A stretch of DNA of 63,968 nt, filler included, from Actinomycetota bacterium (GCA_009886115.1; 4 parts of 4 records of this genome joined end to end with filler, not necessarily neighbours in it), one strand, 5' to 3'. Counted from the first letter of the whole stretch, positions 11,601 through 19,830 are shown. The notes: a model not told the origin generated them from the letters alone. Made by a program: numbers and translations.

Positions 11601-12014
11601 GTGCATCAGGTAGGTGTTCATGCCCGAGCCGGCGAAGACGCCGATGGGCCCGTCGAACCGGGAGGGCGGATGCCCGGCGCTCTCGAGCGCCGTCCAGGCC
11701 GTCTCGAGGAAGTGCCGGTGCTGGGGGTCCATGATCGAGGCGTCGCGAGGCCCGAAGCCGAAGAACGGTGCGTCGAAGCACTCGACGTCGTCGAGGAAAC
11801 CGCCGCGGCGGACGTACTCGGGAGCCCCGTAGACCTCCCGGGGCACGCCGAGCTGCTCGAGATCGGCATCGTGGACCCGGCTCAGGCAGTCGCGCCCGGC
11901 CACCACGGCCTGCCACAGCGCCTCGACGTCGGGCGCTCCGGGGAAGCGCCCCGCCATGCCGACGATGGCGATGTCGGATCCGTGGATGTCGTCGAATGCT
12001 TCGTTCTCAGCCAT
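5631..12014 (-). CDS. Single-module type I polyketide synthase, KS-AT-KR-DH-ACP-TE
   Basis: KS: QTACSTS, HGTGT, NIGHLD. AT: GHSLGE, APHS. KR: VTGGLGGIG, HAAGTLDD, YAAAN. DH: EHRLLNGPPVLPG, HPALLD. ACP: FFDLGGHSL. TE: GGYSGG, GDH. Confidence 0.93.
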   Translation of the reverse strand: MAENEAFDDIHGSDIAIVGMAGRFPGAPDVEALWQAVVAGRDCLSRVHDADLEQLGVPREVYGAPEYVRRGGFLDDVECFDAPFFGFGPRDASIMDPQHRHFLETAWTALESAGHPPSRFDGPIGVFAGSGMNTYLMHNLLTNPQLVASVGWFLLRHTGNDKDFLTTQASYLLNLKGPSVNIQTACSTSLVAIHLAAQSLLGGECDLALAGGVTIEIPHRQGYTYQDGEILAPDGYCRPFEARSAGTVLTSGVGIVVLRRLADALRDGDHVHAVIKATAVNNDGSDKVSFLAPSVDGHASVVVEAQAVAGVEPGTIEYVEAHGTGTNIGDPIEVAALTQAFRMGTDATAFCRLGSTKANIGHLDTAAGVASVIKTALALEHRILPPLANFEAPNPLIDFPSTPFVVSSEPAKWVEAPDHPRRAGVSSLGVGGTNAHAVLEEAPEPPVRTGEVLPTQLLVVSAKTDTALDASTARLATWLREHPEADLADVAWTLQMGRDSFARRRTVAARSSAEAVNLLAPLDPRRVATATVPLDATTASVVFMFPGGGAQYPGMGAELYHHLPEYRAGIDECLSLLDPLVEGGAATLRRLMFPAADVDDIGRAEVATTIERAMYSLPAVFTTSWATARLLRSWGVEADAMTGHSLGEYVAACLAGVMSLGDALEIVMLRARLFERVAGDGGMLAVPLPEHEVAGLLPEGVAVATVNAPSQCVVSGRADAIAIAERLLAEQGIEVRRVPLAIAPHSPMLDPVLDEFRAGFAAVSLLAPQRPFVSNLTGTWITDEQATSPDYWTRHLRETVRFADGIATLSADTPQRVFVEVGPGHALSSFVRQQPNPSRAVVASLRHPDDTISDLGHTLGALGRLWASGVDVDWTALHSARPGRRVPLPTYAFDRQRHWVEPGRVTVEQPGAGRSASSTPAALRRIDDVSQWGWRPVWVEHQRPSSARDGARRTSGASTTACATRPTSWFVVSASADGPLVSGLVAGLSATLIGPGEPLPLDADSVEPIGVVVDAAIGIDSTLFLARQLVDDDSRPVRLVVCTVGARSAGGTPVSAPRQIMPAAAIRVVPREAPWISVVSVDVAAADPVGCLDELIAEFIGPAEGAEVALRPGGRRFVGELEAVTLAPTSAAEPGSETVPSGSFVDGLPLRERGVYVVTGGLGGIGLVLARWLAERCRAQLVLVGRRAPAEAVVEARALAVDGAAVHVKVADLTDAAAVRALVDDVVATIGPINGVFHAAGTLDDAPIASTTPERMHAVLAPKVAATEHLAEAVDRTHLDLFVVCSSTSARLGLPGQFAYAAANAFLDAFVASQGAPFVAVDWGVWNGVGMAGRTPVPMGDDPRPSMHPMLADVARTGETLVARAHLSPATTWALDEHRLLNGPPVLPGTAYLELAVAALSEPAATLEAQPGTGVWRLSDVWFVAALLVPDGSAADLVVSTRSEHGALAWSIQSSPSGREHAFGSASFVEHADRPVDIDLEDLRRRLPTVLRGDLEDYNHQAAHIRFGPRFRCVDSLRLGDGEALAALALPEGHEGPGAPGNADTGFVAHPALLDMATGVALALVPGYADDDRLVVPIGAAQVTFHDRLAGTVFSHIRLRPDATLDSASFDVSICDEDGRVLVDIEEFTVRRVADVALLSETPTASIGMAANTAGPAAGGDQLVPVSLGITRAEGTDAIERILVHMASEAAPATGTADGGDTASYDEHDRRWLITSIDVNDVARRIDDAHRPAAASVNSEAADDAASPRSSDPIEATLLDAWSELLGVADVGVDDNFFDLGGHSLIAVRLFSRVRRTYQVDFTLSTLFSAPTVGDLAAAIRERAPESVLAALAQETPLVAQRAAPAGSAPSLLGSLLVPIKPSGTRLPFFCVHGAGGEVLSFAPLAMLIDADQPFYGIRALGSARSETPLNRIETMAARYLGELRRVQPEGPYQLGGYSGGGVIAFEMAQQLIRQGNEVELFVLFDTYRPGLRMYWAGRAAYKLARSVTNPAELRALIDRLRRREPMADVALRELDDPSDDYDEEIAARDERRRLRAVVTKATFQALNSYKISSYPGAVVLLRSSELASRDFLSPRDRGWGRLADHLEIRDIPGDHYKMFEPPNVSVVAARLDELLAETHARVSARR

Positions 12015-12077
12015 GAATGCCTCGCGACAGGAGTCGAGGCTGTGTACCTCGGTGCGAAACTGCGTGGTCTTGAACGT

Positions 12078-12869
12078 CTACCGGGACTCCCGAGCTGACT
12101 CGGGAGGCGCGAGGATGGCCACGAGCGGCTGCGCCGACGCCGCGCCCACCAAGCGAGCAGCCTCGGCGGGGCTGGTCAACAGGCTGACACCCCGACGTTC
12201 GGCTCCGGTGTCCCATTGTGTCGCGTCCGGAAGGTCGTCGATCGCCACGACCACCGCCCCCCGCAAGATCACGCGGGCCGCCCGTGGCGTTTCGTCGCCC
12301 CCACCGAGCTCGTCGCCTGAGGCCTGCGGCGCGAGCAGGTCGATGACATCGCCCGCTTCCGGCTGCACGCCACCTTCCACGACCACCCTCACGAGACGCT
12401 GATCAGGGCCCACGATAGCCGCCGAACCCGATCGCTCGGCGTCGACGAGATGTCGAGCCGTGAGCACGGTGTCGGCGAGGACGGCGAACGCGGTGACCGT
12501 ACCCACGGCCCGATCGAGCCTTGCGACGGCGTCGGTCGGCACGAGATCGCTCGGCACGTGGACGGTCGTCACGTCGGTCGCGGCGACCGGGGCCCCGAGC
12601 TCGAGGTCGACGCGGGCCACCACGACCTCGATGGGCGGACCGCCGGCGCGCGCTCGACGGCTCAACTCGGCCAGGTCGGACGCGACCCGCTCGACGAGGA
12701 GCCCACCAGCGAGCACCGCAACGGTCCACCAGGCGATGGTGGGCACGGACATGCGGCGCCGCCCGAGGCCGCGGCCCCGGCGATGGGTGCGCCGATGGGC
12801 GCGGCGTTGGATGCCGCGCTGGGTCCGGATACGGTCACTCGTGTCGAGCCGAAACGGCGACGAACGCAT
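12078..12869 (-). CDS. SAF/CpaB-like domain protein (Rv0990c-like position)
   Basis: TM segment followed by VVVARVDLELGAPVAATDV (SAF) and a CpaB-like C-terminus; GGGGGAG SD before ATG 12869. Confidence 0.7.
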   Translation of the reverse strand: MRSSPFRLDTSDRIRTQRGIQRRAHRRTHRRGRGLGRRRMSVPTIAWWTVAVLAGGLLVERVASDLAELSRRARAGGPPIEVVVARVDLELGAPVAATDVTTVHVPSDLVPTDAVARLDRAVGTVTAFAVLADTVLTARHLVDAERSGSAAIVGPDQRLVRVVVEGGVQPEAGDVIDLLAPQASGDELGGGDETPRAARVILRGAVVVAIDDLPDATQWDTGAERRGVSLLTSPAEAARLVGAASAQPLVAILAPPESARESR

Positions 12870-13009
12870 GGCACTCCCCCGAGCACGAGCGCGCCCTCGG
12901 AGGGTGCGCTGGAACACAGAACGGGAGGAAGATGCGAGGCCTGGCGGCGTGCTTCGTGCGAGCAGCCCTGGGACGCACAGCGACCACGCCCACGGTCGCC
13001 GGGGCAAGA

Positions 13010-13810
13010 CTAGATCGGCAGGGGTCCAGCGGGCTCGGCGGGTCGGCACAGCGTGGGGGGGATCAATGGCACGAGTCGGGACAACATTCCCCGGAGGCGC
13101 TCGATGTTGGCCTCGAAGACGGCGAACACCTCGGCCTGGGTGACCGGCTCGATCCCGTCGGTCCCGTCGACACCGGCGTCGTAGTCGGTGATCAGCGCCA
13201 CCCCGCAGTAGCGCATCCCGAGCTCACGAGCGAGGTAGGCCTCGGGGTACTGGGTCATGTTGACTGCTTCCCAGCCCAGGCCGCTGAACCACCGCGACTC
13301 GGCTCGGGTGGAAAAGCGCGGTCCCGAGATCACCACGACGGTGCCCCGCTCGTGAACCACGATGCCCTCGGCCCGTGCGGCCTCGACGGCGAGACGACCC
13401 AGCTCCGGGTCGTACGGGTCGGCGAACGACACGTGGACGGGCCCCGGTCCGTCGAAGTACGTGTCGACCCGGCCCCCGGTGCGGTCGACGAGCTGGTCGA
13501 GGACCACAATCTCGCCCGGCTTCACATGCAGCTGCAACGAGCCGGCGGCACACGGTCCGATGACGGCTCCCACGCCGAGGGCTCGGAAGGCCCACACGTT
13601 GGCCCGGAAGTTCACCCGGTGGGGCGGGAACTCGTGGTGCGGGCCGTGGCGGGGGAGGAAGGCCACCCGCCGATCGCCGATCGTGCCCACCGAGACCGGC
13701 CCCGACGGTCGGCCGTACGGCGTGTCGACATCGTGGGTCTCGACGTCGGCGAGAAAGGAATAGAACCCCGAGCCGCCGAAGATCCCGATCTCGGCGCCGA
13801 CGGCGGTCAT
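13010..13810 (-). CDS. mtnP: S-methyl-5'-thioadenosine phosphorylase
   Basis: IGIFGGSG, TPYG, FLPRHG, GPRFSTRAES, VNMT..PE and TDYD motifs. Confidence 0.9.
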   Translation of the reverse strand: MTAVGAEIGIFGGSGFYSFLADVETHDVDTPYGRPSGPVSVGTIGDRRVAFLPRHGPHHEFPPHRVNFRANVWAFRALGVGAVIGPCAAGSLQLHVKPGEIVVLDQLVDRTGGRVDTYFDGPGPVHVSFADPYDPELGRLAVEAARAEGIVVHERGTVVVISGPRFSTRAESRWFSGLGWEAVNMTQYPEAYLARELGMRYCGVALITDYDAGVDGTDGIEPVTQAEVFAVFEANIERLRGMLSRLVPLIPPTLCRPAEPAGPLPI

Positions 13811-13874
13811 CTCGATGACTGGCGAGGTCGATCGGGAAGCACGGTCGAGATCTCGAGCGTCGAGGTCGATGTCG

Positions 13875-14327
13875 TCAGGCGGGCGTTGAGGCGGGTGTGC
13901 TCGACTTCGAGCTCCGCTCGCTCGAGCCCGACTTCGACGTCGACTCGCCCGAAGAGCCCGAAGAGCCCGACCCTGATTTCGACTCGCCCGGCCCTGACTT
14001 CGACCCCGACCCTGATTTCGACTCGGACCCCGACTTCGATTCGGACGATTTCGACGTCGAGTCGGATGACGAGGACCCGCCCGAGGCCGGCGACGTGGAC
14101 TCACCCGAGCTCGAGCCCGAATCGCTCCCGCCCGAGCGAGAGCCGCTCGAGCTGCGGTTGTCTGTGCGGTAGAAGCCAGAGCCCTTGAGCACCACGCCCA
14201 CGGCCCCGAACACCTTCTTGAGCTGGCCCTGACAGGACGGGCACTCGGTGAGCGGTGCGTCGGTGAACGTCTGGACGACTTCGAGGCGTTCGCTGCATTG
14301 CTGGCAGCGGTACTCGTAGGTGGGCAT
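13875..14327 (-). CDS. FmdB-family zinc-ribbon protein with Ser/Gly/Lys-rich disordered tail (Rv0991c/Ruc-like)
   Basis: MPTYEYRCxxC...CPSC...LKGSGFYRTD followed by ESKSGS repeats. Confidence 0.9.
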   Translation of the reverse strand: MPTYEYRCQQCSERLEVVQTFTDAPLTECPSCQGQLKKVFGAVGVVLKGSGFYRTDNRSSSGSRSGGSDSGSSSGESTSPASGGSSSSDSTSKSSESKSGSESKSGSGSKSGPGESKSGSGSSGSSGESTSKSGSSERSSKSSTPASTPA

Positions 14328-14383
14328 CGTGGATCCTCGCACGGAGTTTGGCTCGACCAGAGAAGGAGCCGGATTCTCGAATT

Positions 14384-14410
14384 CTAGCACTCGCGACCCG
14401 CGACTGCTAG
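14384..14410. promoter_or_regulatory. CIRCE element (HrcA operator)
   Basis: CTAGCACTC-N9-GACTGCTAG versus consensus TTAGCACTC-N9-GAGTGCTAA; upstream of the FmdB-family gene. Confidence 0.8.
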
Positions 14411-14447
14411 CAGGGGCGGTGTCGGGCCGGAAAGTACGCTGGCGACC

Positions 14448-15044
14448 ATGCTCTGGATCGCCGTGTGCGCCCTGCCGGCTTATCTGGCAGGAACGTTCCC
14501 GACCGCGCACCTCATCATGCGAGCGCACGGTCGCGACGTCACGGCCGAGGGATCGGGCAACCCGGGGGCCTCGAACGTCGCTCGTCTGCTGGGGCCGCGC
14601 TGGGGCCTGCTGGCGTTCACCGGCGACGCGGCGAAGGGAGCGATCGCCGCTGGAGCGGGCCTCGTCTTCGAAGGTCGAGCCGGGGGCTACCTCCTCGGGG
14701 TGGCGGCCATCCTCGGCCACGTCTTCCCCGTCACCCGGCGCTTCAAGGGCGGCCGGGGCGTGGCGACGGCGGCCGGGATGATGCTCGTGCTGCACCCATT
14801 GATCGCCGCGGGGCTGATGGCGGCGTGGGTGCTGATGGGCAAGGTCCTCAAGCTGGCGTCGGTGGCGTCGCTCGTGTGTGCGTTGGCGCTCCCCGTCCTC
14901 GCCTGGTCGATCGACGATCGGGCTGCATGGGAGATCGCCGTCCTGACGGCCATCGCCGTGCTGATCGTCGCCCGGCACGCCAAGAACCTGGCCCGGTTGA
15001 TTCGGGGGGACGAGCTCCGTCTCGGTGAACCCCGGCAGAATTGA
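14448..15044 (+). CDS. plsY: Glycerol-3-phosphate acyltransferase PlsY
   Basis: GSGNPGASN, DAAKG, GHVFP..RFKGGRGVAT and RHAKNLARL motifs. Confidence 0.9.
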   Translation: MLWIAVCALPAYLAGTFPTAHLIMRAHGRDVTAEGSGNPGASNVARLLGPRWGLLAFTGDAAKGAIAAGAGLVFEGRAGGYLLGVAAILGHVFPVTRRFKGGRGVATAAGMMLVLHPLIAAGLMAAWVLMGKVLKLASVASLVCALALPVLAWSIDDRAAWEIAVLTAIAVLIVARHAKNLARLIRGDELRLGEPRQN

Positions 15045-15091
15045 GGCATGGGCTGTTCAGGAGGTCACACCAGCCACCTAGAGTTTCGACC

Positions 15092-15985
15092 ATGACGACC
15101 AGTGTTCGTAAGGCGGTGATCCCGGCCGCGGGGCTCGGGACGCGATTTCTCCCCGCGACCAAGAGCCAGCCCAAGGAGATGCTCCCGATCGTCGACAAGC
15201 CGACCATCCAGTACGTGGTGGAGGAGGCGGTGACGGCCGGGCTGACCGACATCTTGATCGTGACCGGCCGGGGCAAGCGGGCCATCGAGGACCACTTCGA
15301 TCGCAACTTCGAGCTCGAGCACTACCTCGAGAAGGACGGCAAGCACGACCTGCTGCGCGAGGTCCGCATGTCGACCGAGATCGCCGAGATCCACTATCGC
15401 CGTCAAGGCGATCCGCTCGGCCTGGGTCATGCCGTCGGCATCGCCCGCGAGCACGTTGGCAACGAGCCCTTCGCCGTGATGCTGGGCGACGACATCATGG
15501 TCGACGACGCCGCGCTGCTCCGGCGGATGCTCGACGTGCACGACCGGTACGGACGGTCGGTGGTCGCTCTCATGGAAGTGTCTCCCGACGACATCTCGTC
15601 GTACGGGTGTGTCGAGCCCGAATGGGTCGAGGGCGATCTCGTGCAGGTGAAGTCGATCGTCGAGAAGCCCAAGAAGGACGACGCCCCGTCGAACCTGGCC
15701 GTGATCGGGCGGTACCTGTTCACGCCGGAGATCTTCGAAGCCCTCGACCGCATCACCCCGGGCGCGAACGGCGAGCTGCAGCTCACCGACGCCATCGGCC
15801 TGCTCCTCAAGTCGCAGACGGTGTACGGCCTGGTGTTCACCGAGGGTCGCTACGACATCGGCAAGAAGATCGACTACCTCCGGGCCACCGTCGACATCGC
15901 GCTCGACCGACCCGATCTGAAGGACGAGTTCGCCGACATCCTCGTCGACATCCTCCGCACCCGAGGTCTCCTGCCCACCACCTGA
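15092..15985 (+). CDS. galU: UTP--glucose-1-phosphate uridylyltransferase
   Basis: KAVIPAAGLGTRFLPATK..PKEMLP, LGLGHAV, VEKP and GELQLTDA motifs. Confidence 0.95.
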   Translation: MTTSVRKAVIPAAGLGTRFLPATKSQPKEMLPIVDKPTIQYVVEEAVTAGLTDILIVTGRGKRAIEDHFDRNFELEHYLEKDGKHDLLREVRMSTEIAEIHYRRQGDPLGLGHAVGIAREHVGNEPFAVMLGDDIMVDDAALLRRMLDVHDRYGRSVVALMEVSPDDISSYGCVEPEWVEGDLVQVKSIVEKPKKDDAPSNLAVIGRYLFTPEIFEALDRITPGANGELQLTDAIGLLLKSQTVYGLVFTEGRYDIGKKIDYLRATVDIALDRPDLKDEFADILVDILRTRGLLPTT

Positions 15986-16118
15986 CCCGTGCCCCAGTCT
16001 TCTCGGCTCGCGGCTCGCGGCTCGCGGCGCACTGGAGCGCGGCGGCGCGGGGCCAGGGCGCCGAGTGGGGCCAGGTCCGGGCGACGGCTGAGGTCCGGGC
16101 GGAAATAGCATCACGGCA

Positions 16119-17420
16119 ATGATCCCGTTGCCCGAGGTGCAGCAGTTCGTCTTCGACCGGGTCAGCCGACGCGAGCCGGTCGAGGTGCCGCTTGCCGGGG
16201 CCTTGGGCCTGGTGCTCGCAGTGCCGGTGGTGGCCACCGAGGCGGTTCCCCCCTTCGCCAACTCGGCCATGGACGGGTACGCCGTGCGCTCGGTCGACAC
16301 CGCTCGGGCCACGACCGATGCTCCCGTCACCCTCACCGTGGTCGACGAGCTGCCGGCCGGACGGGCGCCCTCGGTGGCGGTCGGTCCCGGCCAGGCCATC
16401 CGGATCATGACCGGGGCGCCCACCCCCGAAGGCGCCGACGCCATCGTGATGGTCGAGCACTCGGCCAGGGACGGCGATCGCTCGGTGCTGATCTCGCGGC
16501 CCGCCCGGGCCGGCGACCACGTTCGGAAGGTCGGTGGCGACGTTGCGGCGGGGCACACCGTCTTCGATGCCGGCACGGTGCTCGGCGGCGCCCATCTCGG
16601 CGTGATCGCGTCGCTCGGCCAGGCAACGGTGGTGGTCAGGCCCCGCCCGAGGGTCGGCGTGCTCTCGACGGGCGACGAGCTCGTGCCCGTCGACTCCGGA
16701 CCGCTCGCGCCCGGTCGTATCCGCGACTCCAATCGCCCGATGCTGCTCGGGCTGGTGGTCCTGGCCGGGTGCGAGCCCGTCGACCTGGGCTGGGCGCCAG
16801 ACACCGAGGACGCCATCGCCGCGGTCGTCGAGCGGGGCCTGGCCACCTGCGATGCAATGGTGTCGACGGGCGGCGTGTCGGTCGGTGATTTCGACTTCAT
16901 GAAGGCGGTGCTCGACCGGCTCGGCGAGATGTCGTGGTTCCAGGTCGCGATCAAGCCGTCGAAGCCGTTCGCGTTCGGCCTGTGCGGGGCGCGCCGGGTG
17001 CCGGTGTTCGGCCTGCCTGGCAACCCCGTGTCGTCGCACGTGAGCTTCGAGCTCTTCGCCCGTCCCGCGTTGCGGTGGATGCTGGGCGACGATCGTCCGG
17101 CGCGACCGGTCGTACGGGCAGTTGCCGGCTCGGCCATGGGTCGCCGCTCGGACGGGAAGCTGCACCTCGACCGGGTCCACGTCGAGTGCTCGGCGACGGA
17201 TGGCCGTTTCGTGGCCCGGCGCAGCGGCGAGCAGGTGTCGAACGTGCTCTCGGCCATGGCCCTGGCCAACGGGCTGGCCCTGCTCCCCGACGGCCCGGGC
17301 GTGGCCGAGGGCGACGACGTCATGGTGATGCTTCTCGACCTCCCCGAAGGCTTGGCCGGCCCGCTGCGCTACGGCTCACCCCTGGGCATCGACAACGACG
17401 CGCCCCACGACGACTGCTGA
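16119..17420 (+). CDS. moeA: Molybdopterin molybdotransferase MoeA / gephyrin-like Glp
   Basis: PPFANSAMDGYA, IMTGAP, STGDEL, TGGVSVGDFD and LPGNPVS motifs. Confidence 0.93.
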   Translation: MIPLPEVQQFVFDRVSRREPVEVPLAGALGLVLAVPVVATEAVPPFANSAMDGYAVRSVDTARATTDAPVTLTVVDELPAGRAPSVAVGPGQAIRIMTGAPTPEGADAIVMVEHSARDGDRSVLISRPARAGDHVRKVGGDVAAGHTVFDAGTVLGGAHLGVIASLGQATVVVRPRPRVGVLSTGDELVPVDSGPLAPGRIRDSNRPMLLGLVVLAGCEPVDLGWAPDTEDAIAAVVERGLATCDAMVSTGGVSVGDFDFMKAVLDRLGEMSWFQVAIKPSKPFAFGLCGARRVPVFGLPGNPVSSHVSFELFARPALRWMLGDDRPARPVVRAVAGSAMGRRSDGKLHLDRVHVECSATDGRFVARRSGEQVSNVLSAMALANGLALLPDGPGVAEGDDVMVMLLDLPEGLAGPLRYGSPLGIDNDAPHDDC

Positions 17421-17433
17421 CTGCGGCCGGGGG

Positions 17434-18441
17434 TCAGCCGCCGATCTGGCTCATCGAACGCTTGGGGCGGATGAAGTTCACCTGGCCGATGGAATGTCCG
17501 GCCCACTTGGTTCCAACTGCTCGGCTGATCTCGGCTGCGAGGTCGTCGTCGGTGCCGCCCGTGCGCATCACAGTCCGTAGGTCGAACTCGTCGATCGAGA
17601 ACAAGCAGGTGCGGAACTGGCCTTCGGCGGTGACGCGGACGCGGTCGCAGTTGCCGCAGAAGGGGTTGGTGACGCTGGGAATGACGCCGATCGCGCCCCG
17701 CCCGTCCTCGTAGTCGAAGAGCTCGGCCGGCTCCTGGTGACCGGCGCCGGGCCGATGGCGGGGAACGAGCGGGAACACGGCCGAGATCCGGTCGACGATC
17801 TCCTGTTGCGACACCACCTGCTCGCGGGTCCATTCGCCGCTGGCGTCGAGGGGCATGAACTCGATGAACCGGAGCTCGACGCCACGGTCGCGTCCGAACG
17901 CGGCCAGGTCGACGACCTCCTCGTCGTTGATGCCGCGCATCACGACGGCGTTGATCTTCACCGGGCTCAACCCGGCCGCCAGGGAAGCGTCGATCCCGGC
18001 GATCACCCGGGGTAGCTCGGCGCGACGGGTGAGGGCCAAGAAGGTGTCGGGCCGCAACGTGTCGAGCGAGATGTTGATGCGGCGCAGCCCGGCCCGGGCC
18101 AGATCGTCGACCATCTCGGGGAGCTTGACACCGTTGGACGTCATCGCCAGGTCGGCGCCGAGTTGGCTGAGCATCCCGACGAGCACCGGCAGGTGGGCTC
18201 GCACCGTGGGCTCCCCGCCCGTGATGCGGATGCCCTCGAAACCGAAGTGCGCAACGCACACCCGGGCGATCCGGGTCAGCTCCTCGAAGCTGAGGAGCTC
18301 CTCGCGGGGCAGCCACTTCATGCCCTCTTCGGGCATGCAGTACACGCACCGGAAGTTGCACCGGTCGGTGACCGAGAGGCGCAGATCCTTGACTCGGCGC
18401 TGGAACGGATCGATCAGCGGGATGGGGATCGACGGGCTCAT
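17434..18441 (-). CDS. moaA: GTP 3',8-cyclase MoaA (radical SAM)
   Basis: TDRCNFRCVYC, TGGEP, FCxxCDR..TCL and C-terminal MSQIGG. Confidence 0.95.
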   Translation of the reverse strand: MSPSIPIPLIDPFQRRVKDLRLSVTDRCNFRCVYCMPEEGMKWLPREELLSFEELTRIARVCVAHFGFEGIRITGGEPTVRAHLPVLVGMLSQLGADLAMTSNGVKLPEMVDDLARAGLRRINISLDTLRPDTFLALTRRAELPRVIAGIDASLAAGLSPVKINAVVMRGINDEEVVDLAAFGRDRGVELRFIEFMPLDASGEWTREQVVSQQEIVDRISAVFPLVPRHRPGAGHQEPAELFDYEDGRGAIGVIPSVTNPFCGNCDRVRVTAEGQFRTCLFSIDEFDLRTVMRTGGTDDDLAAEISRAVGTKWAGHSIGQVNFIRPKRSMSQIGG

Positions 18442-18570
18442 GGTGAGGAGGGTACGCGGTCGCCTGCTCTGGCAGCACCTCGGCCGCATCTCGTTCGGGC
18501 CGATCGCGCCGAACGAGGCGCACGTGTCGCGGCGTCCGAAGCGCGCTTGCGTGCCGGGTAGACTTTGCGG

Positions 18571-19062
18571 ATGCCTAGTGAGTTCACGCATCTCGATCCG
18601 CTCGGGCGTGCCCGGATGGTCGACGTGACGCCCAAGGAGCCCACCCACCGTCGGGCGGTGGCCCGTTGCAAGGTCTTCATGCAGCCCGACACGGCGCAAC
18701 GGATCGCCTCGGGCGCGATCAGCAAGGGCGACGTGTTGGCGGTGGCGAGGGTCGCCGGCATCCAGGCGGCGAAGCTCACCCCGCATCTCCTGCCGTTGTG
18801 CCATCCGCTGCTCGTCGGCGCGGTCTCGGTCAACTTCGCGCTCGAGGAGACCTACATCGAGATCGAGGCGTCGGTGGAGACCGTCGATCGAACCGGTGTC
18901 GAGATGGAGGCCCTCACGGCCTGCTCCATCGCGGCCTTGACCATCTACGACATGTGCAAGTCGGTCGATCGAGAGATGACGATCGGCGAGCTCACGTTGT
19001 GGGAGAAGGCCGGCGGTCGCAGTGGCGTCTTCCGCCGCAAAGTGGTCGATGGCCCGGTGTGA
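18571..19062 (+). CDS. moaC: Cyclic pyranopterin monophosphate synthase MoaC
   Basis: FTHLD..GRARMVDV, LPLCHP, TGVEMEALT and YDMCK motifs. Confidence 0.95.
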   Translation: MPSEFTHLDPLGRARMVDVTPKEPTHRRAVARCKVFMQPDTAQRIASGAISKGDVLAVARVAGIQAAKLTPHLLPLCHPLLVGAVSVNFALEETYIEIEASVETVDRTGVEMEALTACSIAALTIYDMCKSVDREMTIGELTLWEKAGGRSGVFRRKVVDGPV

Positions 19063-19242
19063 CGCCGACCCCGCTGCGTGAGTGATCCCGCGACCACACA
19101 GCGTGAAGACATTGGGTTCGGGAACGTCTGACTTGACACTCGGCGTGGTCGAGCGTTAAACCTTCGTCGAAGATCGCCGGGCATCCACCAGTCGTGGCCC
19201 GTGCACCAGTACTATCGCCGAGTTGAGGAGTAGACGCGCAGC

Positions 19243-19830
19243 GTGCAGAAGTTGATCCTTCTGATCCTCGTTGGAGTCTGGGCGGCCGTGCTGCTGCCCC
19301 CCGCTTTGAAGAGCCGGGCGCAGGGCCGTCCCGGCGACTCGATCAGCGACTTCAACCGGCATCTCGACATCCTCCGGCGCACCCGCACCGTGAAGGGTAC
19401 GAAGACGTTGCGCCCGGCCTCTCCAGCGATGCTGCGCCGCCCTCGGACGCTGAGCCCCATCGGTTCTCCGTTCCCGGGCCGGCTCGCCCCCGCCGCACGG
19501 CTGCCCCGCATGTCCCCGGCGTCGTCGATGTCTCCGGCGGCCCGCCGCCGACGCGACGTCCTCATCGGGCTGCTCGTGGTCGTCGGTGTCAGCTTCGCGG
19601 CTGCCGTGGCCACGAGCGATCTCCGGCTCTGGACCCTCCACGTGGCGGCCGACGCCATGCTGGCCGTGTTCCTCGTGGCGCTGGTCCGTCGGCGCAACGT
19701 GGCGGCCATCCGCACCCTCACGTTGACCCCGCCCCGCTCGCTCGACACCGCGCAACGCTTCGATCCGGCTTCTGACCTCGCCGACGATGCCGATCGTCGA
19801 CTCGAGCTCGTGCGTTCCGCTTCTCGTTGA
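19243..19830 (+). CDS. Three-TM membrane protein, probable GlpR/SepX-like divisome-associated protein
   Basis: N-terminal TM (LILVGVWAAVLLP), basic Pro-rich linker, ARRRR then two TMs. Position between moeA/moaC and tRNA-Ala matches Rv0996/glpR; AGGAG SD before GTG. Confidence 0.55.
   Translation: MQKLILLILVGVWAAVLLPPALKSRAQGRPGDSISDFNRHLDILRRTRTVKGTKTLRPASPAMLRRPRTLSPIGSPFPGRLAPAARLPRMSPASSMSPAARRRRDVLIGLLVVVGVSFAAAVATSDLRLWTLHVAADAMLAVFLVALVRRRNVAAIRTLTLTPPRSLDTAQRFDPASDLADDADRRLELVRSASR

Noticed and set aside
9192..12098. 968-aa ORF antisense to the PKS, and many similar long shadow ORFs (e.g. 15065-17323, 31061-32893, 39788-41524)
   Set aside because: Expected from high-GC codon bias opposite real genes; no recognisable motifs.
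13897..14172. Asp/Pro/Phe-rich repeat ORF on the + strand
   Set aside because: Antisense shadow of the ESKSGS tail of the FmdB-family gene.
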